In this document: piece by piece, positions 7,319-17,273 of the stretch
Layout: each line of letters starts with the position of its first letter
How positions within the stretch are numbered: position 1 is the first letter of the stretch
DNA from: a virus
DNA: 60,289 nt
Reading direction: 5' to 3' (one strand)
IMG/VR virus record: IMGVR_UViG_3300031578_000002
Coordinates: 1-60,289 of that record
The notes under the pieces: model-generated
What the model was told of the DNA's origin: nothing
The model's input: the letters and a program-made list of their open reading frames with translations, nothing else
Databases searched by the model: none
Made by a program: the position numbers and the translations under genes

Positions 7319-7912
7319 ATGAAAAAGATTTTAATGTTATTAATCACTATTATTCCAACAATCAATGTGTTCAGTCAAACATGTGGGAGTGCCTTATGTG
7401 AGTTTAGTCAACCCGCAGCCTATTTATCAATCACCTTACCTATTAATGATAAATCAAGGAACTATTTGGAGCTAAATACTTATTTATTTTGGGCTAATGG
7501 TAAGTTCTATACAATATCATACGATACTTGCAGCAACGTACATGGTTATTATCATTATGGAGATAGATTTGAAAGGAACGTATATTTATTTCGTTTAGAT
7601 GATAGTGTTTGGCATATTGCATCAAATATAATAAAAGTTGATTATGATAATGTTGATGCTAATGGCATTAGGTCATTCGATTATTATTTTCCCTCAAAAC
7701 ATGACATTACAGATGCAATTGGTAGTAAAAATATTAAAGAAGGTGTAAATAAGGGGTATGTTAAAAAACTTAGTAATGGCAATATTGAAATGAGATTGCT
7801 TTATTTTCATTGCAATGACCAAAATAAACGTGATTTGGAGTCATATTACTATTATTGGGAAGTAATTACATTTATCCCAACCAATAATGAATTTTATATT
7901 ATAAAAAAATGA
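7319..7912 (+). CDS. secreted protein with Sec signal peptide
   Basis: MKKILMLLITIIPTINVFS|QTC. Confidence 0.7.
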   Translation: MKKILMLLITIIPTINVFSQTCGSALCEFSQPAAYLSITLPINDKSRNYLELNTYLFWANGKFYTISYDTCSNVHGYYHYGDRFERNVYLFRLDDSVWHIASNIIKVDYDNVDANGIRSFDYYFPSKHDITDAIGSKNIKEGVNKGYVKKLSNGNIEMRLLYFHCNDQNKRDLESYYYYWEVITFIPTNNEFYIIKK

Positions 7913-8343
7913 TAAGGGCATCCCAATATACTAAAACATTTGGAACTGAAAAATTCAGAATATTTATTAGTCAAAAGTTCACGATTGACATGTTATATCC
8001 AATATATAATGATAAATCATGCGAGACGCTTTTTGACAATTGGCATGGAAAAGATATGCTTGGGTGGCATAGATTCAAGAATGATGATAAAATCATTCTT
8101 GAATTTTACCCAACATATTACACGATAAAAAAAGATGTACCAAATGCCATTAGCTATATGTTATCAATTCCACAAACAATTAATGATTTTATTAGTGATT
8201 TAAATAGATTCAACATTCAACTTTATTGGACCAATTGGGTTGACGAAAATTTTGAACCAAAAGATTACTTAAATACAGAAGAAATTAAACCATATTATGA
8301 AGATTTACTTGGTAAAATGGGTAAATCATTTGAATTAACATAG
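7909..8343 (+). CDS. hypothetical protein
   Basis: ATGA overlap with the previous gene. Confidence 0.7.
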   Translation: MIRASQYTKTFGTEKFRIFISQKFTIDMLYPIYNDKSCETLFDNWHGKDMLGWHRFKNDDKIILEFYPTYYTIKKDVPNAISYMLSIPQTINDFISDLNRFNIQLYWTNWVDENFEPKDYLNTEEIKPYYEDLLGKMGKSFELT

Positions 8344-8351
8344 ACAATATT

Positions 8352-9068
8352 ATGAATATAGATACTTTTAAATTATTATCAGACATTACGTTTAAGACAC
8401 AAAGTTATCGTAAGAATTTTGATCTTATTAATAACAATGAAAATATTATAACCGAACATGAGGGCACCATTATTAAAATAAGACTTTCAGAAAGAAAGTA
8501 CCCGTTTATTGTTGGTGAATACGGATTTTCTGTTTGGGACGTTAAATTAGCGAACTTACTGAATATTGACGTTAAAAAATTGGTTATCGATCATGTGAAT
8601 GAAAATACTTATGATGAATTATTTAAACAGTTTAAATCAATTAATTTAAAAAATACCAATAAATTAATTTTATTACATACTTTTATACTACATAAGAACT
8701 ATCGAAAACATGAAATTACCGAGGAATTTATTGAAATGATTTATAGAGATTTTTACGATGACAATAATATTATTATTGCATTAGTTAAACCATTTCAAGA
8801 TAACTTGATCGATGCGGACTATTATTTTAATCACAAAAAAATACAAATAAAAGACTCGCTTAAAACAAATATTTATCAGGATATATCAGCAATTGATTAT
8901 TATTCACTCAATGAATTCGTTAATGAAACTGATACTGAAAATAATGAATATAAACTATTTAATGTTGCAGCTAAATGCGGTTTTAGTAGAATTAATGAGT
9001 CATATTTATTTAAATTCTCTCCAGAAAAAACCATTAGTAGAATTAAACAAAAACGACTAATAAGTTAA
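8352..9068 (+). CDS. hypothetical protein, possible degenerate GNAT fold
   Basis: FILHKNYRKHEI (motif-A-like) and C-terminal KCGF. Confidence 0.55.
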   Translation: MNIDTFKLLSDITFKTQSYRKNFDLINNNENIITEHEGTIIKIRLSERKYPFIVGEYGFSVWDVKLANLLNIDVKKLVIDHVNENTYDELFKQFKSINLKNTNKLILLHTFILHKNYRKHEITEEFIEMIYRDFYDDNNIIIALVKPFQDNLIDADYYFNHKKIQIKDSLKTNIYQDISAIDYYSLNEFVNETDTENNEYKLFNVAAKCGFSRINESYLFKFSPEKTISRIKQKRLIS

Positions 9069-9143
9069 TACTCACCTTAATACAGAATAATTCAAATTAT
9101 AATTATCTATGTATTAGATAATTAGCTATTTTGAAAACATAAA

Positions 9144-9152
9144 GTATTTATA
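9144..9152 (+). promoter_or_regulatory. late-type motif GTATTTATA
   Basis: Sense-strand copy ahead of the 9161 ORF and the M23 peptidase. Confidence 0.5.
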
Positions 9153-9160
9153 CACACAAA

Positions 9161-9361
9161 ATGATGATAAACTATTTAAACATATTAAAAATTAATAAAC
9201 AAAAGATTCCTTCGAATCAGCAAAAAATACATGATATTGAAGTAAAATTCTTCACAAAACCCAGAAAGATAATGATTTCTGGGAATTTTAGTTTAATAGC
9301 CCCATTAATCCACATTACTTTCAGTAAGTTTTTAACACGTAACTTATTGATTCTTAACTAA
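9161..9361 (+). CDS. uncertain short ORF
   Basis: 66 aa, follows the late motif, no recognisable motif. Confidence 0.3.
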   Translation: MMINYLNILKINKQKIPSNQQKIHDIEVKFFTKPRKIMISGNFSLIAPLIHITFSKFLTRNLLILN

Positions 9362-9387
9362 TAATAATCTCATTTAAATTAAAAATT

Positions 9388-10257
9388 ATGAAAAAGTTTA
9401 AAACTATGTTAAATAGGTCAATATCTACCCTAATCATTTTATTAGGATCAAATTTATTAATCTATTTAGGTACAAGTGCCTCAACAAATTCTAATGATGT
9501 TGAATTTAGATATAACGCACTTAAATATGAAAACGAATTATTAATGAACAAATATTATCAATATGAAAAGAACTTAAATTTAATTGAAAATAAAATGGAT
9601 TCAATTAATATTTTAAATAACTATTTTTATTCACAGATTCGATGCTCAAATCCTAATAATAATAAGATTGATACGTTTAAATTTGGCATACAAAATACAG
9701 ATTCAATATTTAATTCTTTAGATACAAAGATTTTATATACATCAAAAACAGCAATAATGCAATTAAATAAATTATCTGATTTTACTAACCAGCTTAAAAA
9801 AAATGCTAGTATTGTTAGTTTGTATCCAGATATTTCCCCAATAAGACCAAATGATTTTATACGAGTGTCATCAGGATATGGATGGCGTATACACCCAATA
9901 TATAAACGAAAAATGTTTCATAACGGCATTGATGTTGTGGCAAAACCAAATTCAAAAGTATTTACCACAATAAGCGGAGTTGTTAAAGTTGTTAAATATT
10001 CAAATTTTGGGTATGGGAATAGAGTAATAATTGATAATTCTAGCGGATATGAAACATTATATGCCCACTTAAATCCAAAAATTGTTGTAAGGGAAGGACA
10101 GATAGTTAAGAAAGGTCAATTAATTGGGATTATGGGTGATAGTGGTAATGCAACTGGACCACATTTACACTATGAAATTCATGTACATAATCAAGTAAAA
10201 AATCCAATTGAATATGTTTATGGTTATTTAACAAATGAATTAACAGCAAAAAAATAA
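9388..10257 (+). CDS. M23 family peptidase
   Basis: SSGYGWR.HP, HNGID, YAHL, TGPHLHYE; N-terminal TM and coiled coil. Confidence 0.9.
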   Translation: MKKFKTMLNRSISTLIILLGSNLLIYLGTSASTNSNDVEFRYNALKYENELLMNKYYQYEKNLNLIENKMDSINILNNYFYSQIRCSNPNNNKIDTFKFGIQNTDSIFNSLDTKILYTSKTAIMQLNKLSDFTNQLKKNASIVSLYPDISPIRPNDFIRVSSGYGWRIHPIYKRKMFHNGIDVVAKPNSKVFTTISGVVKVVKYSNFGYGNRVIIDNSSGYETLYAHLNPKIVVREGQIVKKGQLIGIMGDSGNATGPHLHYEIHVHNQVKNPIEYVYGYLTNELTAKK

Positions 10258-10260
10258 AAT

Positions 10261-10557
10261 ATGAAAACAAAAATTAAATCAATCCACGAAGAAAAATATT
10301 CTGATAATAGTAGAACATTGGGAATTTTATACAATTTTTCAATTGAATCTGATAATCAAAATTGGAAAGATAGTTTAATTTACATTTATAGGGATAATAT
10401 GTATATATTCTTTAATACAATGGTAGATATGATTGATTATTTATTATATGGTGAATCAAAAATGCCTAGAGCATATTTATCTGAAGAAGAATTTGATTTG
10501 TATTATGATGCCGAATTTATTGACGGGAGTTTTACTGAAAAAATAAGGTGGGTTTAG
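10261..10557 (+). CDS. hypothetical protein
   Basis: ORF ending at the bidirectional terminator. Confidence 0.7.
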   Translation: MKTKIKSIHEEKYSDNSRTLGILYNFSIESDNQNWKDSLIYIYRDNMYIFFNTMVDMIDYLLYGESKMPRAYLSEEEFDLYYDAEFIDGSFTEKIRWV

Positions 10558-10573
10558 TCCCACCTTATTTTTT
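10538..10573. terminator. bidirectional intrinsic terminator
   Basis: AAAAAATAAGGTGGG-tttagt-CCCACCTTATTTTTT between convergent genes. Confidence 0.85.
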
Positions 10574-11327
10574 AAAATTCTCTTAATATTTTCATTAACT
10601 GCATCACAAAATTCATTTGCGTTGCTGATTGTAATGAAATATACTCAAATGTCTCATTTGGTTTTTCAGTGATATTTTCCCAATAATATTTAGAAAGTTC
10701 ACTTTCCGTTAACAAATTCACGGTCTTTTTTAAATTAAGATAATCCGCAATAAGCATTAACGGTGTATTTCCATACCCATTAAATTTCCAAACATTTTGT
10801 GTATCAATTACTGATGATTCCCAAGGTTTAGTATCTAAACATTTTTTTAGAATATATGGTAATTCTTTATTTTTACCTGATTTAATTGTATGCAGTAAAA
10901 ATCTTTTTATTAATAGCGGAATATCATGACTAATTATATTATGTCCACATAATGCTGGAAAAAATTGTGGCTGTAGAATAATGCCCTCATTTGATAAATA
11001 GTCCAATACTTCCATAAATTGAGCAATCACAACGAATTCATCTGAATTAACAATTCTTTTAATTGAACGTTTTTGAACACCATTTTCTAAATAAATCGTA
11101 CCATAGGTTATTGCAATAATTTTGCAAAACTCAGGATAATTTGGTGCGTTATCTGCGTATGAAATCATGTTATTTTTTTCGTTGATTAAGTTCTTCCAAC
11201 GATCAAATAATTGCTTATCATTTTTTTCGAGTTCTTCTAAATTAGGATAATTTAGAACTGATTTAATACTAAAAAAAAGCATACTATATATACTTTCTTT
11301 ATTAAAGACTTCCTCAAATATTGCCAT
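10572..11327 (-). CDS. PolB-type 3'-5' exonuclease-like protein, catalytic residues degenerate
   Basis: PEFCKIIAI, LCGHNI..HDIP.L.KR, KPWE...IDT...WKF.G; ExoI DxE replaced by SIK. Confidence 0.7.
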   Translation of the reverse strand: MAIFEEVFNKESIYSMLFFSIKSVLNYPNLEELEKNDKQLFDRWKNLINEKNNMISYADNAPNYPEFCKIIAITYGTIYLENGVQKRSIKRIVNSDEFVVIAQFMEVLDYLSNEGIILQPQFFPALCGHNIISHDIPLLIKRFLLHTIKSGKNKELPYILKKCLDTKPWESSVIDTQNVWKFNGYGNTPLMLIADYLNLKKTVNLLTESELSKYYWENITEKPNETFEYISLQSATQMNFVMQLMKILREF

Positions 11328-11373
11328 ATTTTTATTTTTTGTTAATTATTACTAAATATAATTGTACTTAATT

Positions 11374-11715
11374 TCACTCAATATTAAAAATAAAATGAAT
11401 CATTTTTAATAAGAAGGACTTATTAAAATTTTTAATTTCCAAATAAATTTTTTGAATGTCAATAAACTCATATGACATTAGTTCGTCGAAAGTATAAGTG
11501 TTATTTGAATGTTTTAAAATATATTGAATCAATTTTTTTTGCCTGAGTTTATTTATCTTTTTTTTATTTTCAATTTCAATTAAATATTGCCCCCCCAATT
11601 GTTCAATATCAGAAATAATAATGTTCTTTTTACGATCAGTATCATCTTGAAGGTGTTTAGTGTATGCAAGATAACTAATATCGCTATCATCAATATTAAT
11701 ATCGTCTATTGCCAT
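11374..11715 (-). CDS. hypothetical protein
   Basis: ORF. Confidence 0.65.
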   Translation of the reverse strand: MAIDDINIDDSDISYLAYTKHLQDDTDRKKNIIISDIEQLGGQYLIEIENKKKINKLRQKKLIQYILKHSNNTYTFDELMSYEFIDIQKIYLEIKNFNKSFLLKMIHFIFNIE

Positions 11716-11720
11716 ACAAA

Positions 11721-12230
11721 TTATTCGTTTTGTTGATCTACGTCATCAATTTCTTTAATATGCACGCCCGAAGATTTAAAAATTGGTGCTTCTTTGGGCT
11801 GTCTTGGTTTCCTAGTTGTTTTTTCAGAAATTGGATTCAATTTTTGATTTAAATTTTTAAATGAATTAATTTTGAGTTCATCTAATTCGTTATAAAACTT
11901 TTTGGCCTCATTTTCTAACGTATTTTTCATTTCTTCCATTTTATCGGTGAACTCCTTCTCTTTGTTTGCAATTCGTTTATTTGTTTCAATGATAATTTCA
12001 ACAAAATTAATTAAATCATCGAATACAATTGTTGACTTTTTAGGCGAGATTTTTATTAATTTACCAACATCATTTTCAGTTATAAGTATACAGCTAATAT
12101 CCTTATTTTCGCTAAAAACCCACGTTTTGGGCATACCCACTTCTACTTCCCACCAGCCATTAACTGTATCTCTGGTAAATGACCTTATATAGCCGTTAGT
12201 TGGTTCTAATATTGTTTCAATTGGATTCAT
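11721..12230 (-). CDS. hypothetical coiled-coil protein
   Basis: ORF; P..W motif followed by a coiled coil. Confidence 0.7.
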   Translation of the reverse strand: MNPIETILEPTNGYIRSFTRDTVNGWWEVEVGMPKTWVFSENKDISCILITENDVGKLIKISPKKSTIVFDDLINFVEIIIETNKRIANKEKEFTDKMEEMKNTLENEAKKFYNELDELKINSFKNLNQKLNPISEKTTRKPRQPKEAPIFKSSGVHIKEIDDVDQQNE

Positions 12231-12233
12231 TTT

Positions 12234-12431
12234 TTATTTAATTAAATATGTAAAAAATATACTTATTGATATCCATAATATGATCTTCTCAACTTTGTTG
12301 AGAACAAAAACTGTTTCTTTATTTAACTTAAATCTTCCATACATTTTTATGCTAAGATCAGCGATGACATATAGCATAAAAATGATAGAAGAAATAAATA
12401 AATACTGATATATTTCAGTAGATATTAACAT
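12234..12431 (-). CDS. small 2-TM membrane protein
   Basis: Two hydrophobic segments. Confidence 0.65.
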   Translation of the reverse strand: MLISTEIYQYLFISSIIFMLYVIADLSIKMYGRFKLNKETVFVLNKVEKIILWISISIFFTYLIK

Positions 12432-12433
12432 GT

Positions 12434-12709
12434 TTATTCTCCATGTGTTTGACCTTGATGAACTTGTGTTTGCCCAACAGGTGTTTGTGAATTATTAATT
12501 TGTTCGGGTTGTACTGGTTCCTTGAAATATTGCTCAATAAGACCTATCTGAGCGTTTAGTATTGCAAGGTTTTTCAAGCTAAGAACCATATCATCAATCT
12601 TATTTTTGTAGTTAGTATCAGGGTCCTGAGCAAGGCGTACAAGTTCAATTTCCTCATAATACTTATCGTTCCCCAATTTGTTTAATAAATCTAATTTTAG
12701 ATTTGCCAT
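12434..12709 (-). CDS. hypothetical protein
   Basis: ORF with host-type promoter at 12745-12776. Confidence 0.7.
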   Translation of the reverse strand: MANLKLDLLNKLGNDKYYEEIELVRLAQDPDTNYKNKIDDMVLSLKNLAILNAQIGLIEQYFKEPVQPEQINNSQTPVGQTQVHQGQTHGE

Positions 12710-12781
12710 AGTTTTTTAATTATTAAATTAATTATTATTTTTTGTAAATTTAGCAATATTAATTAGAAGTTGCAAGTAAAA

Positions 12782-13207
12782 TTAAACAATTTCTAAAACA
12801 TTTCTTTTTGAGTTAATTGATTTATCATAAATAGTATATACTTCAATTAGGATATTTATGATATTTTTATTTTTTTGATTATCAATCTCAAAAATATCCC
12901 GCCAAAAATTTTCAAAATACTCAATAGATATTTCTGAATTATTTTTTTTCTTATAAAACTCATGATAATAGTATAAAAAGAAGTATTCTTTTAATTCGTC
13001 ATTGTCACTAAAATTAATATCTTCCTCCTTAAACTCATCACATACTTTATTAAAGCACCACGTATAATGATTACGAATATCATTGTCATCATTTAGACTT
13101 TCCTTATCAAGATAATACTTATAAATATAACGTAATAAGTTTAATGAAAAGTCCTTATAAACCTCAACTCTGTCTTTAATTATATAATGTTTCTGTGATT
13201 TACTCAT
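12782..13207 (-). CDS. hypothetical protein
   Basis: ORF; H..WCF.K....F..E.I.F. Confidence 0.7.
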   Translation of the reverse strand: MSKSQKHYIIKDRVEVYKDFSLNLLRYIYKYYLDKESLNDDNDIRNHYTWCFNKVCDEFKEEDINFSDNDELKEYFFLYYYHEFYKKKNNSEISIEYFENFWRDIFEIDNQKNKNIINILIEVYTIYDKSINSKRNVLEIV

Positions 13208-13887
13208 TAGTATAGATTAAAATATTCTTTCTTCATTATATTTAAATCAATTTCGCCATTATATCCATCAATTTTACCAATTGAAGTAAATTGCCATATT
13301 TTCCACTCATTCCACCCTTTTGGTATTGACGGCAGACTTTTTTCGGGATTATTAATGTATGCTGCAATCCATAATGGATTAGTATTAAATGATGAACTTG
13401 TATTTGTGTCAATAAAACTTTTGTATGAATATATAATTACGGAAATATTTTGCTCACGTAATTTACAAATAAATGCTTTAATGAACCTATTCATATGATC
13501 AACTTTATCCGTCCAAATGTTATCGCTAGAATATGATTCAATATCTAAAACTAACGGTAAATCAGCTTTGGGTAAGAATTTAACATGGCTGATAACATTA
13601 TTAGCTTCTTCAATTGCATCATCTTCAGGATTTGCCACATTCCCCGGCCTTGCAAAATGGTAATAGCCAACTTTCACATTATTTTTTTGCGCTTCTAAAA
13701 TTCTCGCCTTTATATTATAAATGTTGTCTTCGTGACCAGTAGTTCCTTCGGTAATTTTAATAAAAGCAAACTCAATTCCTGCTGCTTTTACTTTACTCCA
13801 TGTAATGTCTTTTTGATATTTTGAGCAATCTAAACCTAACACACAATCTAAATTCTCAATTCTTTTTTTCGATATATTCGGTAACAT
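13207..13887 (-). CDS. GH25 lysozyme (endolysin candidate)
   Basis: GLDCSKYQ, FAFIKITEG, GYYHFARP, LDIE, LWIAAY, WQFTS.G..DG..G.IDLN. Confidence 0.9.
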   Translation of the reverse strand: MLPNISKKRIENLDCVLGLDCSKYQKDITWSKVKAAGIEFAFIKITEGTTGHEDNIYNIKARILEAQKNNVKVGYYHFARPGNVANPEDDAIEEANNVISHVKFLPKADLPLVLDIESYSSDNIWTDKVDHMNRFIKAFICKLREQNISVIIYSYKSFIDTNTSSSFNTNPLWIAAYINNPEKSLPSIPKGWNEWKIWQFTSIGKIDGYNGEIDLNIMKKEYFNLY

Positions 13888-13901
13888 ATTTTATATTTTA
13901 T

Positions 13902-13910
13902 TATAAATAC
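13902..13910 (-). promoter_or_regulatory. late-type motif GTATTTATA
   Basis: 14 nt upstream of the GH25 ATG; representative of about 15 copies. Confidence 0.7.
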
Positions 13911-13920
13911 TTTATAAATG

Positions 13921-13945
13921 AAAAGGGTGCTAATAATTAGCACCC
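13921..13945 (-). terminator. intrinsic terminator
   Basis: GGGTGCTAAT-a-ATTAGCACCC with U-tract, after the 975-aa gene. Confidence 0.65.
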
Positions 13946-13976
13946 ACAAATTTAATAAAATTTTACTTAAAATTTA

Positions 13977-16904
13977 CTAAAATCCACGATTTTTTCTTAC
14001 ATTCTTTGTGTCAATATAATCTGCAGGTCTATAGCCAAGTAGATGTTTCATTTTATCATATTGTTCATTAACCATTGGTTTACCAACTTGAATATTTTCA
14101 TTTAATGACTTTATTTGGTTTTTTATAGCAATAACATTTTTACCATCAGTATAAAATTTATGTGTAGATATTAAATTAACAACCGCTTCATTAACAATGA
14201 CTTTATTATCAATAGATTTACTATTATATGTGTTACCTAATCCAGTAAAATCTAGTTCAAATAAATCCTCAACATTTGATTTTAATTTAACTTCGTTTAA
14301 TTTGAAATCAATTAAGTGTCTTTTATTTAACGCATCAATATATCTTCCAGTAATCATTGATTCATTAACCCCATCTCTTTCATTCCAACCACTTTTTTCT
14401 TTATCAAACTGGTTCTTTTTAATCCCATCTTCTACTGGTTGAGTATCCTTATTATACATTGGGGCACCAGCTCTAAATTTTAATTTGTCCTGTCTTTGTT
14501 TATATAACTTGTCACCCATATCTGCTTTCATTCGATCCTCAAAACGTTGATCGGGCTTGTTATCATAAACCAAGTCTTGTTGCCCAAGTCTATACATATC
14601 GACTTCATTTTGTTCATCTTCGGTAAAATTACGTTTAGGAACTTCATCACCCCCATCATTAGTGCTATTACCAACGTTTTTCAAAGCCTCACCTTTAGTT
14701 GTGCTTAGCTCTTTCTTTTCAATATCTTGTGTTAATTTTTGTGGATTATCAACATTTGTTTGTTGATCTTTCCATTCCAATTCATCTTCAATATCAATAA
14801 TTTCTTTAGTACCACTATGTTGTAAATCCTTTTTAAAATTTGTGGGGTTTTGTGAAATTACACGTTCTCTTGTGATCTCAGATGATATTTTTCTATCTTC
14901 ATTCATTTTAATTAATTTTTGGTGATGAATTGAGTATGCGTCCAATTCTCTATTTAATTCTTCAAATAATTTTATTGTTTCTGATTCATTAATTCCAGCA
15001 GTTGTTTGTGTACCCGTCGGTACATTACTGCTTTGATCACTTGTTGGTGTAGCATAATTCGCCATTGATGGGATACTTGGCCTTGCTATCATACTTTGTG
15101 ATGTTTCTTCGTTAACTTCGTCATCTGTTAATTTAAATGTCGCTCCTGATTTTTTCATATCTTCCATTTTGTTTAAAAATCTTTCATTATCAATATTATG
15201 TCCCCAATTTTTATTTGGGTTAATTTCTATTCCTCGATTATTAGCTAAGAATTTATATTTACCATCATTATCTAAATAGTATATTTTGTTGTTATTATCA
15301 TCTAATTTTATATATCTCATCCAAAATTTAGGATTTTGTTGAATTAAATAATTATTTTCATTATTACCTAACTTATATGGCTTTAATTGATATTGTTCTT
15401 GTGACGATGAACCGACAATATACGTTGCACCATGTGACTTACCATAATCATCATTTTCAAAAACAGAAACGCCACCAAATTTATTTGTTTTTGTTGGTAA
15501 CCAACCTATTTGTTTTAAAAATTGTGGTTCTGGTATATGATATTCTTCATTAACTCTTTCTGGTAGTTTTTTATGTTTAGTACTAGCAAAATCTTCAACA
15601 TCCTCTGGACTTACAGTTTTTGCAATTTTTTTCACAGCACCACCTACTTTATTTGGGCTTAACTTTCCTGCTTGTACAGCATGTGCCATGCCGAACAAAC
15701 GTTGTTGTGCCTTTGACTTAGCAATTTCATCAATTACTTCATCTTCCATAAGATTTATGTTAGGTGTATCGGTGGTTCCTTTGTTAAGTGTGTTTAATTC
15801 AGTATTAATATCTTCGTCATCCCAACCTTTTACAGTATCGCTATTAAAAGCAGATGTTTTATTAATAATGCGGTTAACAGCTACTTCACGATTATTGACT
15901 TGTTCATTAAATTCTGCTTGATGCGACAAATCAACCTCATTTAATTCATGGACATATTTTTCAAAACTAGATGGATCGGTTAGATAATTGCTTTCTTGTA
16001 TAATAGTACCACCCTTCCATATTGGTTTGCGCATTGGTGAACCTTTACTACCTAAAAGATCACCTTTATTACTCCACGCAGCAGGACCAACATATGCACC
16101 AGATGATGCTGATGTAGTTGTTTCATCAACTTTGTTATTATAACCTAATGCCGGTGAAAATGCCCCAGCACCTGCTGCACCAGTTGTTTCTTGTATTCCA
16201 TTTAGAACTTCAAGATTATACCCCAATCCTTCGAGTTCCCCTTTAAGTTCATTATATTCCTCTGGAGTAGCAAGGCGGCTTTCTTTAGCGTATTCAGGGC
16301 TTGCTGAGCTATGTTGCCCAACATGCGAATAAGCGGTTTTATTTTTACCGCCACTATCAAAATTTTCCTCTGGAAAATATGCAAATAAATCAGGGTCTTC
16401 TGGATTTTTTTCATTAACTAGAAATATTACTTTTGTTAGGGGTTCACTATTTTCATCAACAACTGTTTTTTGTTGCTTAGGTAATCCCGATTGTGCCATT
16501 TTCTTCTCTCCAGCTTTTTTTAATTGATTAATGCCACTATGATCTCTTCTTTTCTTTTCTTTAGGAATCGACATTTTATATTTTTGTAAATATTTTGGAC
16601 TATTAAGCACATAGTCGTTGAAAATAAGGTTCATTATTGTCTCATTATAGTGATACCCATAGCGTTGCTCCCCCATTTCAGCCATTTCATTATAAATGAC
16701 AGATAGTTTAGGATCACTAAACACCAAACCCTCCATTTTTGGTAAACTGAAAATCTTTTTCTTTAATGAAAATTCACTTTCGCTTAATAAACTATCAATT
16801 TCATTTAATTGTACATTATTTTGTACCATAGTTTTTTTAAAACCATTTTCAAATTTTTGTGATTGACTGTTAACTGGTTTATTTAATGTTGGTTTCGCAT
16901 TCAT
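13977..16904 (-). CDS. large modular putative internal head protein (contains a DUF3008-like module)
   Basis: AKSKAQQRLFGMAHA...EDFASTKHKKLPE module; many [ILV]-x-E junctions. Confidence 0.6.
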   Translation of the reverse strand: MNAKPTLNKPVNSQSQKFENGFKKTMVQNNVQLNEIDSLLSESEFSLKKKIFSLPKMEGLVFSDPKLSVIYNEMAEMGEQRYGYHYNETIMNLIFNDYVLNSPKYLQKYKMSIPKEKKRRDHSGINQLKKAGEKKMAQSGLPKQQKTVVDENSEPLTKVIFLVNEKNPEDPDLFAYFPEENFDSGGKNKTAYSHVGQHSSASPEYAKESRLATPEEYNELKGELEGLGYNLEVLNGIQETTGAAGAGAFSPALGYNNKVDETTTSASSGAYVGPAAWSNKGDLLGSKGSPMRKPIWKGGTIIQESNYLTDPSSFEKYVHELNEVDLSHQAEFNEQVNNREVAVNRIINKTSAFNSDTVKGWDDEDINTELNTLNKGTTDTPNINLMEDEVIDEIAKSKAQQRLFGMAHAVQAGKLSPNKVGGAVKKIAKTVSPEDVEDFASTKHKKLPERVNEEYHIPEPQFLKQIGWLPTKTNKFGGVSVFENDDYGKSHGATYIVGSSSQEQYQLKPYKLGNNENNYLIQQNPKFWMRYIKLDDNNNKIYYLDNDGKYKFLANNRGIEINPNKNWGHNIDNERFLNKMEDMKKSGATFKLTDDEVNEETSQSMIARPSIPSMANYATPTSDQSSNVPTGTQTTAGINESETIKLFEELNRELDAYSIHHQKLIKMNEDRKISSEITRERVISQNPTNFKKDLQHSGTKEIIDIEDELEWKDQQTNVDNPQKLTQDIEKKELSTTKGEALKNVGNSTNDGGDEVPKRNFTEDEQNEVDMYRLGQQDLVYDNKPDQRFEDRMKADMGDKLYKQRQDKLKFRAGAPMYNKDTQPVEDGIKKNQFDKEKSGWNERDGVNESMITGRYIDALNKRHLIDFKLNEVKLKSNVEDLFELDFTGLGNTYNSKSIDNKVIVNEAVVNLISTHKFYTDGKNVIAIKNQIKSLNENIQVGKPMVNEQYDKMKHLLGYRPADYIDTKNVRKNRGF

Positions 16905-16946
16905 AATTAAATATTTTATCTATTTTCATAATATATTGAGAAGCAT

Positions 16947-17153
16947 CTATTTGATATCTGATTTCCAAAACTCTTTCTTTTGCCATAATACTTTATAAAC
17001 TGATTCCATAGCATTTTTTATTGTTGAGATTAGTTCATTTCTCGTTTGGCTATTTGATTTAGCAAGAACCTTTTTCATTTCTTTATCTAAAGCATCATTA
17101 ACAAACTTATTTATTTCATCTTTAACGATTTTCTTAATTTCATTATTATCCAT
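16947..17153 (-). CDS. small basic helical protein (start MDNNEIKK)
   Basis: Late motif at 17173-17181 indicates the true start. Confidence 0.65.
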   Translation of the reverse strand: MDNNEIKKIVKDEINKFVNDALDKEMKKVLAKSNSQTRNELISTIKNAMESVYKVLWQKKEFWKSDIK

Positions 17154-17273
17154 ATCGTGCTTATCAATTAAATATAAATACTTGAAGAACACAAAAAAAT
17201 GGACATAAATAAAAAAGAACATATATTATTAGCATACGTTCTTTTTTTACAAAAATGATTTAAAATTTTAACA

